Source: Minisyncoccota bacterium (GTDB taxonomy: Bacteria; Patescibacteriota; Minisyncoccia; Phycocordibacterales; UBA9973). Taken from it: a DNA stretch of 64,000 nt. The stretch spans positions 10,625 through 74,624 of the forward strand of contig JAGOUR010000004.1 in NCBI GenBank assembly GCA_018061145.1, in the 5' to 3' direction. The notes beneath the pieces are model-generated. The model did not search any database and had not been told where the DNA came from. It saw only the letters and a list, made by a program, of their open reading frames with translations. This document shows positions 28,025 through 37,292 of this stretch, in pieces (within the stretch, counting starts at the first letter, position 1; every line of letters starts with the position of its first letter). The position numbers were made by a program, and so were the translations under genes.

Positions 28025-28095
28025 GCGGGATTAGTTTAGTGGTAGAACTACAGTTTTCCAAACTGTTGGCAGGCGTTCGATTCGCCTATCCCGCA
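28025..28095 (+). tRNA. tRNA-Gly (anticodon UCC), CCA not encoded
   Basis: Acceptor gcgggat/atcccgc, anticodon arm acagt-ttTCCaa-actgt, T-arm aggcg-ttcgatt-cgcct. Confidence 0.85.
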
Positions 28096-28116
28096 CAGTA
28101 TTTATTAACCGTATTT

Positions 28117-28232
28117 GCGGGATAAAGAGCAAACTTCTTTGCTCTTGTAGGCAATCGAAAGACTTTTTGTTGTTTTTCCTCTGGAAAACCAAAAAGTACC
28201 TGACTACGTGGTAGTGATTCGCCTATCCCGCA
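28117..28232 (+). pseudogene. tRNA-Gly-like remnant: a gcgggat 5' acceptor and a ggtag-tgattcgcctatcccgca 3' end separated by a ~90-nt insert with a 9-bp hairpin and no anticodon arm
   Basis: Includes the 28-bp direct repeat (28216-28243) of the tRNA-Gly(UCC) 3' end plus 12 downstream nt. Interior hairpin aagagcaaa-cttc-tttgctctt. Confidence 0.4.
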
Positions 28233-28269
28233 CAGTATTTATTCGTAACAAACGAATATCGAGTTTCAT

Positions 28270-29808
28270 ATGAAACTACAACCTATAAACAACTCAAATA
28301 TACCTGAATATGTTACACATGTAACATCTACCCTCGAAAACGCTGGTTTCGAGGCATTTCTCGTGGGAGGCTGTGTCCGAGACCTGATGATCGGTAGGGA
28401 AGTAAAGGATTGGGATATCACAACCAACGCCACTCCAGAGGAAATCATCCCACTGTTTGAAAAGACAATATACGAGAACAAGTTTGGTACAGTGGGTGTA
28501 TGTATTCCAAAGGTTACACATGAAACTGTTTCAGGTGAAACTAACTCTACCTCACCCAAACCCTCTCCCGCGCCAGAAGAGGGGGCAATTCAGTACCACA
28601 TAATGGAGGTCACACCGTACAGAACTGAAGCAAAATATAGCGATAACAGGCACCCAGATGAAGTGAAATTCAGCCGGGATATATCCGAGGATCTTCAGAG
28701 ACGAGACTTCACAATCAATGCCATGGCATACAATATAGATAAAGGACAGGTGATTGACCTTTATAAAGGACAACAAGACCTAACGGACAGTGTTATACGG
28801 GCCGTGGGTGCCCCGTCCTTGAGATTCCAGGAGGATGGTCTAAGAATGCTCCGTGCAGTACGATTCGCCTCACAGCTCTCCTTTATGATTGATTCCGATA
28901 CTATGACCGGGGCTGTGGATAACTCACATCTTTTAAAAAATATTTCTGGAGAGAGGATTCGTGATGAATTCATGAAAATCATCGAGAGTCCTCGTAGTGT
29001 CGAGGGTGTAGGCATGCTACAAAAACTCGGACTACTAAAATACATCGTTCCTGAACTCGAAGAGGGTATAGGGTGCGATCAGGGTGGGGCACATATCTAT
29101 GATGTATTCACTCACTGCCTAGGTGCACTAGGTCATGCTACTGACAAGGGATACTCTACCGATATCCGCCTGGCTGCACTGTTCCACGATATAGGAAAAC
29201 CTAGGACTAAGAGAAAGGGGATAAAGAAACCTACATTCTATGGCCACGAGGTAGTGGGTGCGAGGATGACAAAGGTGATCATGGAAAGACTCAAATTCCC
29301 AAAGGATACAATAGAATTTGTATCAAATATGGTTCGTCGTCACATGTTCTTCTCCGATACAGAGCAGATCACTCTCTCTGCAGTGCGCAGAGTGATACAG
29401 AATGTCGGGCCAGAACATATCTGGGAACTGATGGAGATACGTGAATGCGACAGGGTAGGGATGAAAAAAGCTGAGGCTCCATATAGACTGAGGAAATATC
29501 ATGCGATGATCGAAGAATGTCTACGCGATCCGATATCTGTCGGTCAGCTCGTAGTAGACGGCAACATTATGAAGAACGAATTAGGCGTAGCACCTGGACG
29601 TCGGATGGGATGGATTCTCCACTCATTACTAGAGGAAGTCCTCGAAGACCCCACAAAAAACACTCGAGAATATCTAGACATCCGCGTGCGAGAGTTGAAT
29701 GATATGACTGATGAGATATTAAAAGAGCTTGCCGATAAAGCAAAAGAACAAAAAAATTTACTTGAGGAAGAAGAGATCGCTGAATTACACAAAAAACACA
29801 AGGTGTAG
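28270..29808 (+). CDS. cca: CCA-adding tRNA nucleotidyltransferase with C-terminal HD domain
   Basis: Pol-beta NTase motif GGCVRDLMIG...DWDITT, RNA-binding region, and HD motif (LFHDIGK). Carries a ~35-aa S/T/P-rich insertion near aa 90-125. Confidence 0.8.
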   Translation: MKLQPINNSNIPEYVTHVTSTLENAGFEAFLVGGCVRDLMIGREVKDWDITTNATPEEIIPLFEKTIYENKFGTVGVCIPKVTHETVSGETNSTSPKPSPAPEEGAIQYHIMEVTPYRTEAKYSDNRHPDEVKFSRDISEDLQRRDFTINAMAYNIDKGQVIDLYKGQQDLTDSVIRAVGAPSLRFQEDGLRMLRAVRFASQLSFMIDSDTMTGAVDNSHLLKNISGERIRDEFMKIIESPRSVEGVGMLQKLGLLKYIVPELEEGIGCDQGGAHIYDVFTHCLGALGHATDKGYSTDIRLAALFHDIGKPRTKRKGIKKPTFYGHEVVGARMTKVIMERLKFPKDTIEFVSNMVRRHMFFSDTEQITLSAVRRVIQNVGPEHIWELMEIRECDRVGMKKAEAPYRLRKYHAMIEECLRDPISVGQLVVDGNIMKNELGVAPGRRMGWILHSLLEEVLEDPTKNTREYLDIRVRELNDMTDEILKELADKAKEQKNLLEEEEIAELHKKHKV

Positions 29809-29939
29809 TAAATTTTTTTGAATCAAAGATGACTAAAACATTTTAGTAAAAATGTTCGTCCGACCATACTAATGTATGGTTTAGGAACTCGAGAATGAAG
29901 AAATAGGGGAATTAAGAAAAAAACATAATGTATAAATAA

Positions 29940-29972
29940 AAACACTAGGTCCTACCTAGTGCTTTTATTTTA
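29940..29972. terminator. Bidirectional terminator between cca and the yceI-like gene
   Basis: cactagg-tccta-cctagtg followed by cttttatttt and preceded by aaaaa. Confidence 0.6.
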
Positions 29973-29976
29973 TAGA

Positions 29977-30564
29977 TTATTTAACTGGGACTACGATATT
30001 TAATTCTACAGTCTCGTTTGCGAATTTTTGATCAATACCGAAATCTTTCATATTTAGATTGAACATTATATTGTAAGCTCCATTTACTGGCTCGCCTGCA
30101 TTTACTGTGACATTCTTTGTCGTACCATGCACAGAGAGTGTTCCAGATAGCTTGCCGTCTACTAGACTCATAGCCGTGAATTTTGCAGTAGGATACTTTT
30201 CTGTATCAAAGAAATCCTTTGATTTTAAATGTGTTGTAAGTTTTTCTGTATCGGTAGTCATAGAATTCAAGTCTACAGAGATATCACCCTTGATACCTGA
30301 TCCATCAGTAGAAAGATTTGAAGTTATCCCACTAAATGAACCGTTGTGAACTTTTCCTGGACCAAAACCTTTGAATGTTATCTTGATATTTGCATTATCT
30401 ATTTGTTTTAAAGATGCTACGTTTTCCTTATTATTTTCAACTTCACCAACTACAGCATCAGATACTACTGCATTTTGGACTTCGGCATTTGGCTTTGTCT
30501 GTATTGCATACCAAATACCCGCACCTACTAAAATCAAAACTATTATTGAACCAGCTATTTTCAT
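29977..30564 (-). CDS. YceI-family (polyisoprenoid-binding-like) periplasmic/secreted protein
   Basis: N-terminal TM/signal segment. YceI-like beta-barrel motifs (ITFKGFG.GKV.G.F.G, KSKDFFDTEKYPTAKF). Confidence 0.6.
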   Translation of the reverse strand: MKIAGSIIVLILVGAGIWYAIQTKPNAEVQNAVVSDAVVGEVENNKENVASLKQIDNANIKITFKGFGPGKVHNGSFSGITSNLSTDGSGIKGDISVDLNSMTTDTEKLTTHLKSKDFFDTEKYPTAKFTAMSLVDGKLSGTLSVHGTTKNVTVNAGEPVNGAYNIMFNLNMKDFGIDQKFANETVELNIVVPVK

Positions 30565-30618
30565 ATTTTTAAAAAATTTATTAATAATGTTTTAGTATTA
30601 TACACGATGAAGTAAGAA

Positions 30619-30650
30619 TAAAAAAAGGAGGCCAGCATAACTGGACCTCC
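30619..30650 (-). terminator. Minus-strand rho-independent terminator downstream of xth and a small ORF
   Basis: On the minus strand, ggaggtccag-ttatg-ctggcctcc is followed by ttttttt. Confidence 0.55.
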
Positions 30651-30691
30651 CATCGTAAAACTCCCAAACTAAGCGAACTATGCTCGCAATT

Positions 30692-30850
30692 TCTTATTTA
30701 CTCCCGCTGAATGATTGATTATGGGGTGAATTAAGTTTTGGGTAAAATACTTTACCTGTAAATTTAACATATCCGATAAGCAAAGCTAATATAATTAGCG
30801 AATAAGCTACAGGATTTACTGCTTTGATTTCTTTTGTTGTCTTTTTCATA
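30692..30850 (-). CDS. Possible 52-aa small membrane protein (absent from the ORF track)
   Basis: Hand-translated as MKKTTKEIKAVNPVAYSLIILALLIGYVKFTGKVFYPKLNSPHNQSFSGSK, with one TM helix, between xth and the terminator. Confidence 0.25.
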
Positions 30851-30905
30851 AAACAATGATTTTTAGGTTCTTTTATATTATATCACGAAACAAATAAAAA
30901 TCAAG

Positions 30906-31700
30906 CTATTTGAGTTCCAATACAAGAGGGCAGTGGTCAGAGCCCATATAGTCTGTGAGCATATATGAATCCTTTACCTTTTTAATCAGAGGAGATGATA
31001 CAAAGAAGTAGTCGATGCGCCAGCCGACATTGCGGGCTCGGGCACCGGTCTTTTGATCCCAGTATGTATACATATCGAGAGTTTCAGGGTGAAGATGACG
31101 GAATGTATCAATATAGTCATCCTTTATGACTTTATCTATCCATGCACGCTCGATAGGAAGGAATCCCGTATTCTCCTCATTTGCCTTTGGCCTGGCTAGG
31201 TCTATCGCTGTGTGTGCAGTATTCACATCACCAGTAAATATGATCTCGTAGCTGAGCTTTCTCTTTTTATTTATAAATTTTAGAAATGCATCGTAGAATT
31301 TGAGCTTGTATTCCAGACGATCTGGACCCGAGCCACCATTTGGATAGTAGCCATTTATTAAGATCACCTTATTTTTCAATCCTGTAAATCCTTTTTCGAA
31401 ATAAAGTACGAGCAGGCGACCCTCTTGGTCGAGTTCTGGCACACCCATACCTTCTTCTACTTTGTCGGGCAATACCCTCGTATATATAGCTACACCACTA
31501 TATCCCTTTCGAGTTTTGGAGTGTGAGAAATATGAATTATAGCCAAAATAATTCTGGACTTCATTTGGAAGTTGTTCTTTTTCAGCCTTTGTCTCCTGGA
31601 GGCAGACAATATCTGGCTTGTATTTGTTGAAAAGGGGATCAAAATTGCCTTGCTTTATAGTCGCCCGCAATCCATTTGTATTCCAACTGATGATTCGCAT
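30906..31700 (-). CDS. xth: Exodeoxyribonuclease III / AP endonuclease
   Basis: ExoIII family throughout (MRIISWNTNGLRA, DIVCLQETK, C-terminal SDHCP). Confidence 0.9.
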   Translation of the reverse strand: MRIISWNTNGLRATIKQGNFDPLFNKYKPDIVCLQETKAEKEQLPNEVQNYFGYNSYFSHSKTRKGYSGVAIYTRVLPDKVEEGMGVPELDQEGRLLVLYFEKGFTGLKNKVILINGYYPNGGSGPDRLEYKLKFYDAFLKFINKKRKLSYEIIFTGDVNTAHTAIDLARPKANEENTGFLPIERAWIDKVIKDDYIDTFRHLHPETLDMYTYWDQKTGARARNVGWRIDYFFVSSPLIKKVKDSYMLTDYMGSDHCPLVLELK

Positions 31701-31818
31701 AAAATAATTTTTATAATTTTAAATGTTTAATTTTTAAATAATTTCTTAATTCCTAAATTTCTAAACATTAATGCATTGTAACATTATTTAAAAATTTGAA
31801 ATTACAAAATTAAAAATT

Positions 31819-32760
31819 CTATTTCCCCTTACTGTGAAACTTCTTGTGCACATCACGTAACTGTGAGTCTGTCACATGGGTATAGATCTGTGTAGTGGCA
31901 ATATTCGCATGACCGAGCATCATCTGCACAGAGCGGATATCTGCGCCATTGGATAGTAAATCAGTAGCAAAGCTGTGGCGGATCACGTGAGGGGTGACCT
32001 TTTTAGATATACCTGCTTTGATGGCATAGTATTTCACGATACGCTCAATAGATCGGGGAGTGAGGCGTCCAGAATCAGAGCGGTTGCGAGAATTCTGCAC
32101 AAATAGCGGCTCGTCTAGATCCTTTCTATTTTTTAAATATACTTTGATTGCCTCCTTGGCTGTAGGGGATAGGAATACCACTCGTACCTTTTCACCCTTT
32201 CCGCGGATAGAGAATTCATCTTTAGATAGATCAAGATCTCGATTCAATGAACATAGTTCAGAGAGACGAAGTCCGGTAGAAAAGAATAGTTCCAGTATCG
32301 CCTTGTCGCGAAGACCCTTTGGTGTAGTCATTTCAGGTGCATTCATCAGGCGAGAGAGCTCCTCGACTGATATCAGATCCAAATGTCGCTCTTTTATCTT
32401 GGCTAGTTCGATCTTGTCGGGGGATAGGGATGTGACACTGCGTTTCATCATGTATTTTAGGAATGCACGCAATGCGATGAGGTGATAATTCTGTGTATTT
32501 TTCTTTAGTGTCGCCGAGGACTGTCCGCGGACTTTCATGCCAGGGAGTCTATTTATATGCAACCTGAATTCACGAATCATATCGTCGGTGATATCAATGG
32601 GATCTTTTGCTTTTGAAATTTCTAAAAAGCGAGAGATATAGTGATCATAATTGCGCACAGTCAGCAGACTATTGCCCTTTTCTATCTCTACGTGCTCGAG
32701 GAATTCTCTTTTTAATTTTTCTAGTTGTGTCATATTAATGTCGTACAATAATTTTACCAT
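31819..32760 (-). CDS. xerD: Tyrosine site-specific recombinase XerC/XerD family
   Basis: Catalytic R..HRGY pattern (RHSFATDLL, LGHANIATTQIYTHV). N-terminal SAM-like core-binding domain. Confidence 0.85.
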   Translation of the reverse strand: MVKLLYDINMTQLEKLKREFLEHVEIEKGNSLLTVRNYDHYISRFLEISKAKDPIDITDDMIREFRLHINRLPGMKVRGQSSATLKKNTQNYHLIALRAFLKYMMKRSVTSLSPDKIELAKIKERHLDLISVEELSRLMNAPEMTTPKGLRDKAILELFFSTGLRLSELCSLNRDLDLSKDEFSIRGKGEKVRVVFLSPTAKEAIKVYLKNRKDLDEPLFVQNSRNRSDSGRLTPRSIERIVKYYAIKAGISKKVTPHVIRHSFATDLLSNGADIRSVQMMLGHANIATTQIYTHVTDSQLRDVHKKFHSKGK

Positions 32761-32775
32761 ATATTTATAAATATT

Positions 32776-33348
32776 ATGTATAATGATGATATGAGAGAAA
32801 TAGAAGTTAAGGCAAAAATAAAAGATAAGGATAAATTATTAAAAAAGTTAGCAGACCTTGGTTTTGTTTTTGATTCAGAAAAACATCAACACGACAGAGT
32901 ATACTTTCCAAATGGAGTAGAATTTACCGGTTCAAATATTATAGGGCAAAATATCCTCCGTATTCGTACAGAAGAAAAAGACGGCAAGAAAAAATCAATG
33001 TTTGCATTAAAATATTCTGCGAGTGCTGCACTCGACAAGATAGAGAAGGAATTCGAGATAGGGGACACAGATCAGATGCATGAAGTAATCAAAATGCTAG
33101 GCCACTATCTATTTATCGAGATAAAGAAGCACAGAAGGACAGGCAAGTATGGAGATTACGAGATATGTATAGACGAGGTAGAGGACCTAGGATCATTCAT
33201 AGAAGTAGAAAAGATCGTAGAGGAGGATGTAGCTGCAGATCAGATACTGCTAGAATTAGATGAATTCTTAAACACTCTCGACATAGACCAGTCCGACAAG
33301 ACAATCCACGGCTACGATATCCTAATGGGAAATCTAAAGAAAAAATAA
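32776..33348 (+). CDS. CYTH-domain protein (class IV adenylate cyclase / triphosphate tunnel metalloenzyme family)
   Basis: N-terminal EIEVKAKI acidic motif and beta-barrel periodicity typical of CyaB/CYTH proteins. Confidence 0.5.
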   Translation: MYNDDMREIEVKAKIKDKDKLLKKLADLGFVFDSEKHQHDRVYFPNGVEFTGSNIIGQNILRIRTEEKDGKKKSMFALKYSASAALDKIEKEFEIGDTDQMHEVIKMLGHYLFIEIKKHRRTGKYGDYEICIDEVEDLGSFIEVEKIVEEDVAADQILLELDEFLNTLDIDQSDKTIHGYDILMGNLKKK

Positions 33349-33350
33349 GA

Positions 33351-33381
33351 AAAGCGCGACATAACTGTCGCGCTTTTTTTG
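33351..33381. terminator. Bidirectional terminator between the CYTH gene and the 417-aa gene
   Basis: gcgcgaca-taact-gtcgcgc followed by ttttttt and preceded by an A-run. Confidence 0.7.
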
Positions 33382-33394
33382 TTTTAGATTAACC

Positions 33395-34648
33395 TTACAC
33401 AATGATAGACCCTAATTGAATACAATCCTTTGCTCCATGCACAGCCTTGTCTCTACGCGCAGTTACTATTATGTCCGCTAGTTGTCTTTGGACATATTGA
33501 ACAGTAACGCGCATATTCCAATTGTGAGCTGTCTGTAAATCTTCAGACCCGTGCTCATAAAAAGAAAAAGATTGATCACTATTAGATACTTCCTCTTGGA
33601 GAATCCAATTCATCTTGGATCCGCAAGCCTCCCCTAGAGTAGACTCAAATTCAGGAGTACCTGAAAAGAGTGTTCCCTTCATACCACTTGAAATCGCTTC
33701 TTTTAGTACATATCTTTTAAAGTTTGTTTTCTCGTTAATACTTTTTGCATCTAATCCTTGCTTACCTACGATATAAGTCTCGGGGATATAAGAACGCAAT
33801 AGATTTAAAGATTCACTACTCATAAAAGATTTCAAGATGGATTCAATATGATCATCATGAGTATCATTACGAAGAATAGCGAGCAGCCCCTTAGAACCAA
33901 GAAATGGCTTAGGTGGGATAACAAACGAAACATTGCCATCCTTGTAAGACTGAATCAATTTTGAATACAGAGAAGGTTTTCTGTATAAGAAAGGTAGGTC
34001 GAGAAACAAGCCACTCTGCATATCAGCATCAGTCGCCTCCGTCTCAGAGAACAACTTGCATTCAATGCCGTGCTTAGAAAATTCCTTTTGTGCAATTTCA
34101 AATTCAGGAATATAAAAACGTTCCTGATCTGCATAAAAGAAATTCAGAGAAGAATGTTTTTGGCGAATTATCTCTTTAGAAAGAGACTTTACTACACCAG
34201 GCAAACTCGTCGAGAGGGGGTGAGTAGCTTCTTTGAGCATTTTACCTAGGGTAGAGTACCCAATGCCATGCTTGTTGTGCCCATCTATCTCGGCAATTTT
34301 AAATTGACCCTCTTGATCAAGCATCAAATCCAATTTTACCAGCTGAGGGATACGACTAGGGTGCATACCCTGGAGTTCGTGATACATCTTTGGTACACCC
34401 GTACCAAAGATGTTGCGGAGAGTAGCCCATGAATTTTGATAACCAAAATTAGGCATTGCAGAAACTACTGCAATTTGAGAAATGCCTCGCAGACAGTCAA
34501 ATATTGCAAACCCTAAATCTTCAAGCTCTTTTTTCTGAGCAGAAGTTATAGAGTAGACACTAGGTGACAGGAGAAAAGCGTGGCTTTGTTCGCGTGAACC
34601 ATTCCAAATCCCAGATTCAGAGATGGCATTCATTAGTGATTTTTTCAT
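33395..34648 (-). CDS. Hypothetical 417-aa cytoplasmic protein (possibly ATP-grasp-like, weak)
   Basis: Long unbroken ORF with compositional coding signal. No confident motif. Confidence 0.35.
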   Translation of the reverse strand: MKKSLMNAISESGIWNGSREQSHAFLLSPSVYSITSAQKKELEDLGFAIFDCLRGISQIAVVSAMPNFGYQNSWATLRNIFGTGVPKMYHELQGMHPSRIPQLVKLDLMLDQEGQFKIAEIDGHNKHGIGYSTLGKMLKEATHPLSTSLPGVVKSLSKEIIRQKHSSLNFFYADQERFYIPEFEIAQKEFSKHGIECKLFSETEATDADMQSGLFLDLPFLYRKPSLYSKLIQSYKDGNVSFVIPPKPFLGSKGLLAILRNDTHDDHIESILKSFMSSESLNLLRSYIPETYIVGKQGLDAKSINEKTNFKRYVLKEAISSGMKGTLFSGTPEFESTLGEACGSKMNWILQEEVSNSDQSFSFYEHGSEDLQTAHNWNMRVTVQYVQRQLADIIVTARRDKAVHGAKDCIQLGSIIV

Positions 34649-34812
34649 ATATGTGTATTTTATTTAGTTTTAATGTGCAAATTTATTTAAAGAGCCCCGA
34701 ATTAATTCGGGGCTCTTTCATATATTCCTTGCGCAAATAGAACTACATAAAACAACTCCGAATTTTTATTTCGTAGTGCCAAAAGAAGTTTGTAGTATTT
34801 GTTCTTATTGTT

Positions 34813-35241
34813 TTACTCATATATTTTTATAATTTCTTTTAAATCCAAGATATTATCTATCTTATGCTTTGGTAATTCTATGTCAGATACAGGACCCTCT
34901 TTGCCAAACAATCCTTGTGCGGTCCACACAGTACGGAAACCCAACATATTACCAATCATTATCTCTGCTCTCACACGGTCACCAACCACCAGTACATCAC
35001 TATCTCCATCTGCCAATTTCAAAAATAATTCGGGTGTTTTTTGCTCAACAAAATGAACTTCTCTAAAAAAATCTTTAATACCTAGTTCTTGAATCATACC
35101 CAGTCTGACTGGTTCCAATTTGCTGACTAAAAATAGGACATGTCTAGATGACAGATCTGCGAGTAAATCTAAAACTCCGTCATACAGTGCGCCAGTTTCA
35201 GGATTATATATTGTTCTATTGTAATCAAAAATAATTTTCAT
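34813..35241 (-). CDS. HAD-superfamily hydrolase-like protein (small)
   Basis: N-terminal IIFDYNRTIY (a motif-I variant) and C-terminal VLVVGDRVRAEIMIGNMLG (HAD motifs III/IV). Confidence 0.45.
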   Translation of the reverse strand: MKIIFDYNRTIYNPETGALYDGVLDLLADLSSRHVLFLVSKLEPVRLGMIQELGIKDFFREVHFVEQKTPELFLKLADGDSDVLVVGDRVRAEIMIGNMLGFRTVWTAQGLFGKEGPVSDIELPKHKIDNILDLKEIIKIYE

Positions 35242-35482
35242 AAAAAAATCCAGCCTTTGATAGCTGGGTTGAAATAATTGTTCGTTTTAAATCTTAAAAA
35301 AGTATTATGCGACAAAATCAACCAGCTTTTCGTGGTTCCAGAAGTGATTATATGATTTTACTGCAAAACTTATCATATATTTAATATACCACAAGCAGTA
35401 AAATACACAAATATTTGATACCTGCCAATATTAAACGAGGTTACACATAGGGCTTGCAAAATATTTCAATCTGTGATACTAT

Positions 35483-35749
35483 ATGCATATGTTAACAACG
35501 AAGAAAAAGGCAAATGTAATCAAGAAAAATCAGCTTCACGACAAGGACACTGGCTCTCCAGAAGTTCAGATCGCTGTTATTACTGAGAAAATTGATGAAC
35601 TTGCATCACATTTAAAGAAGCACAAGAAGGACAATCACTCTCGTCGTGGACTTATACAGATGGTTGCTGACCGTCGCAAGCACCTCAAGTACCTTGAGAA
35701 GACAGACAAGACTCGTCACGAGACAGTAGCTAAAAAATTAAAAGCATAA
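35483..35749 (+). CDS. rpsO: 30S ribosomal protein S15
   Basis: S15 signature (TGSPEVQIAVITEKI..L..HLK.HKKD.HSRRGL..MV..RR.LL.YL). Confidence 0.85.
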   Translation: MHMLTTKKKANVIKKNQLHDKDTGSPEVQIAVITEKIDELASHLKKHKKDNHSRRGLIQMVADRRKHLKYLEKTDKTRHETVAKKLKA

Positions 35750-35752
35750 TTA

Positions 35753-35785
35753 AAACATCTCGACTAACCTCGAGATGTTTTAATT
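35753..35785 (+). terminator. Rho-independent terminator after rpsO
   Basis: catctcga-ctaacc-tcgagatg followed by ttttaattt. Confidence 0.65.
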
Positions 35786-35789
35786 TGGT

Positions 35790-35905
35790 CCCGTTAGAGA
35801 TGCGTTGTTGTAAATTTACGGGATAGTGTAAAATAAGAAGAGGAACATATTATTAACAATAATTAACAAGATACGGAAGTCTTTGGACTTCCTATCTCTA
35901 ACGGG
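35790..35905. repeat. 116-bp MITE-like leader cassette with CCCGTTAGAGAT / ATCTCTAACGGG termini, directly abutting the NYN-gene ATG
   Basis: Termini at 35790-35801 and 35893-35905. Hairpin ggaagtc-tttg-gacttcc. The last 40 nt are almost identical to the yraN leader. Confidence 0.65.
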
Positions 35906-36409
35906 ATGATTATAAAACATAAAGAACAAAGAGTTGGAGTGTTTATCGACACAGCCAATCTATATCACAGCGCAAAAAACCTCTATAAGAGAAAGGTAAA
36001 CTTTGGTGCTGTACTAAAAGACGCAGTAGCAGGACGTAAACTAGTCCGTGCAACAGCATATGTGATAACTAGTGAGGGAGGCGACGAAAAGAGTTTCTTT
36101 GAAGCTCTCACGAAGCTAGGCATAGAGACAAAGACAAAAGACCTCCAAGTATTTTCAGGTGGAGCAAAGAAGGGCGACTGGGATGTAGGTATAGCAGTAG
36201 ATGCTATGAAGATGGCACCCCGCCTCGATGCAGTAGTACTAGTAGCAGGAGATGGGGACTTTATCCCTCTCGTAGAGTACCTCCGAAATACATATGGCAC
36301 ACAAGTAGAAGTGGTTTCATTTGGGAAATCTGCTTCTATGAAACTAAAAGAAGCTGCCGATGACTTCCTAGACTTATCAGTGAGCCCACAAAAATACCTA
36401 ATGAGATAA
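35906..36409 (+). CDS. NYN-domain (LabA-like, PIN-fold) protein
   Basis: VFIDTANLYH...GDWDVGIAVDAM...VLVAGDGDFIPLVEYLR..G..VEVVSF matches the NYN/LabA pattern. Confidence 0.65.
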   Translation: MIIKHKEQRVGVFIDTANLYHSAKNLYKRKVNFGAVLKDAVAGRKLVRATAYVITSEGGDEKSFFEALTKLGIETKTKDLQVFSGGAKKGDWDVGIAVDAMKMAPRLDAVVLVAGDGDFIPLVEYLRNTYGTQVEVVSFGKSASMKLKEAADDFLDLSVSPQKYLMR

Positions 36410-36414
36410 ATTGT

Positions 36415-37281
36415 ATGGAAAAACTTTGGCCAATCACATTAACGAGGAAAATATCTGATATACACTGCGGTGGTTTCACCATGGCAGAGGAGGAGAGTCT
36501 CAGCTTCAAAGCAGGTGAATTATTTGAGGCACCGAATGAGCTTTTTGAACTAGTGACATTTCACAAGAAAAATCTTTCAACAAATTTAAATAAATACAAA
36601 GAGGTAATAATAAAAAATAACGATTACACCGAGGTCAGACCTGGGGTTTTTGCTCATGCAGGTGCAGTTATAGATGAGCAAGTAGTTTTTAATACTAAAA
36701 ATGGATTGGTCATAATAGAAAAAGGTGCACACATAAATCCATTTAATTATATATCTGGGCCAGTACGTATAGACGAGAGTGCGACAATTAATCCACATTC
36801 AAATATCTCAAATTCTTATATAGGTAAATACTGCAAAGTTGGAGGTGAAGTATCAAATTCTATAATAGAGTCATATAGCAACAAAGGTCATCATGGATAC
36901 CTAGGTGATAGCTACGTAGGATCATGGGTAAATATAGGAGGAGGTGCATCTACTTCAAACTTGAAAAATACATACGGCAAGATAAAGCTAGGTGGAGTAG
37001 AGACAGGCGAACAATTCCTCGGATCAATTATCGCCGACCATGCAAAAATAGCCATCAATGTATCTATATATACAGGGAAGATAATAGGTACTGGTGCACA
37101 TATATACGGCACTGTAGAGACTGATGTACCAAAATTTGTAAACTATTTCAACAAAGACAAGATGACCGAGATACCCATTGAAATCACTGAAAAGATCGCA
37201 GAGAGGATGATGTCTCGTAGGAAGGTACAATTTACAGAGGAAGACAAAAAAATGCTAAAATACGCATATACAATAATTTAG
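36415..37281 (+). CDS. Left-handed beta-helix (hexapeptide-repeat) protein, probably an acyl/nucleotidyl-transferase; an internal start MAEEES is possible
   Basis: Many [LIV]-G-x-x-x-x-I hexapeptide turns (GKYCKVGGEVSNSII, GSWVNIGGGAS, GSIIADHAKIAINVSI). Confidence 0.5.
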   Translation: MEKLWPITLTRKISDIHCGGFTMAEEESLSFKAGELFEAPNELFELVTFHKKNLSTNLNKYKEVIIKNNDYTEVRPGVFAHAGAVIDEQVVFNTKNGLVIIEKGAHINPFNYISGPVRIDESATINPHSNISNSYIGKYCKVGGEVSNSIIESYSNKGHHGYLGDSYVGSWVNIGGGASTSNLKNTYGKIKLGGVETGEQFLGSIIADHAKIAINVSIYTGKIIGTGAHIYGTVETDVPKFVNYFNKDKMTEIPIEITEKIAERMMSRRKVQFTEEDKKMLKYAYTII

Positions 37282-37292
37282 TTAAATCAATT

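Noticed and set aside
28552-29045. Minus-strand ORFs 28552..28776 and 28761..29045 inside cca
   Set aside because: Antisense shadows within a well-supported CDS.
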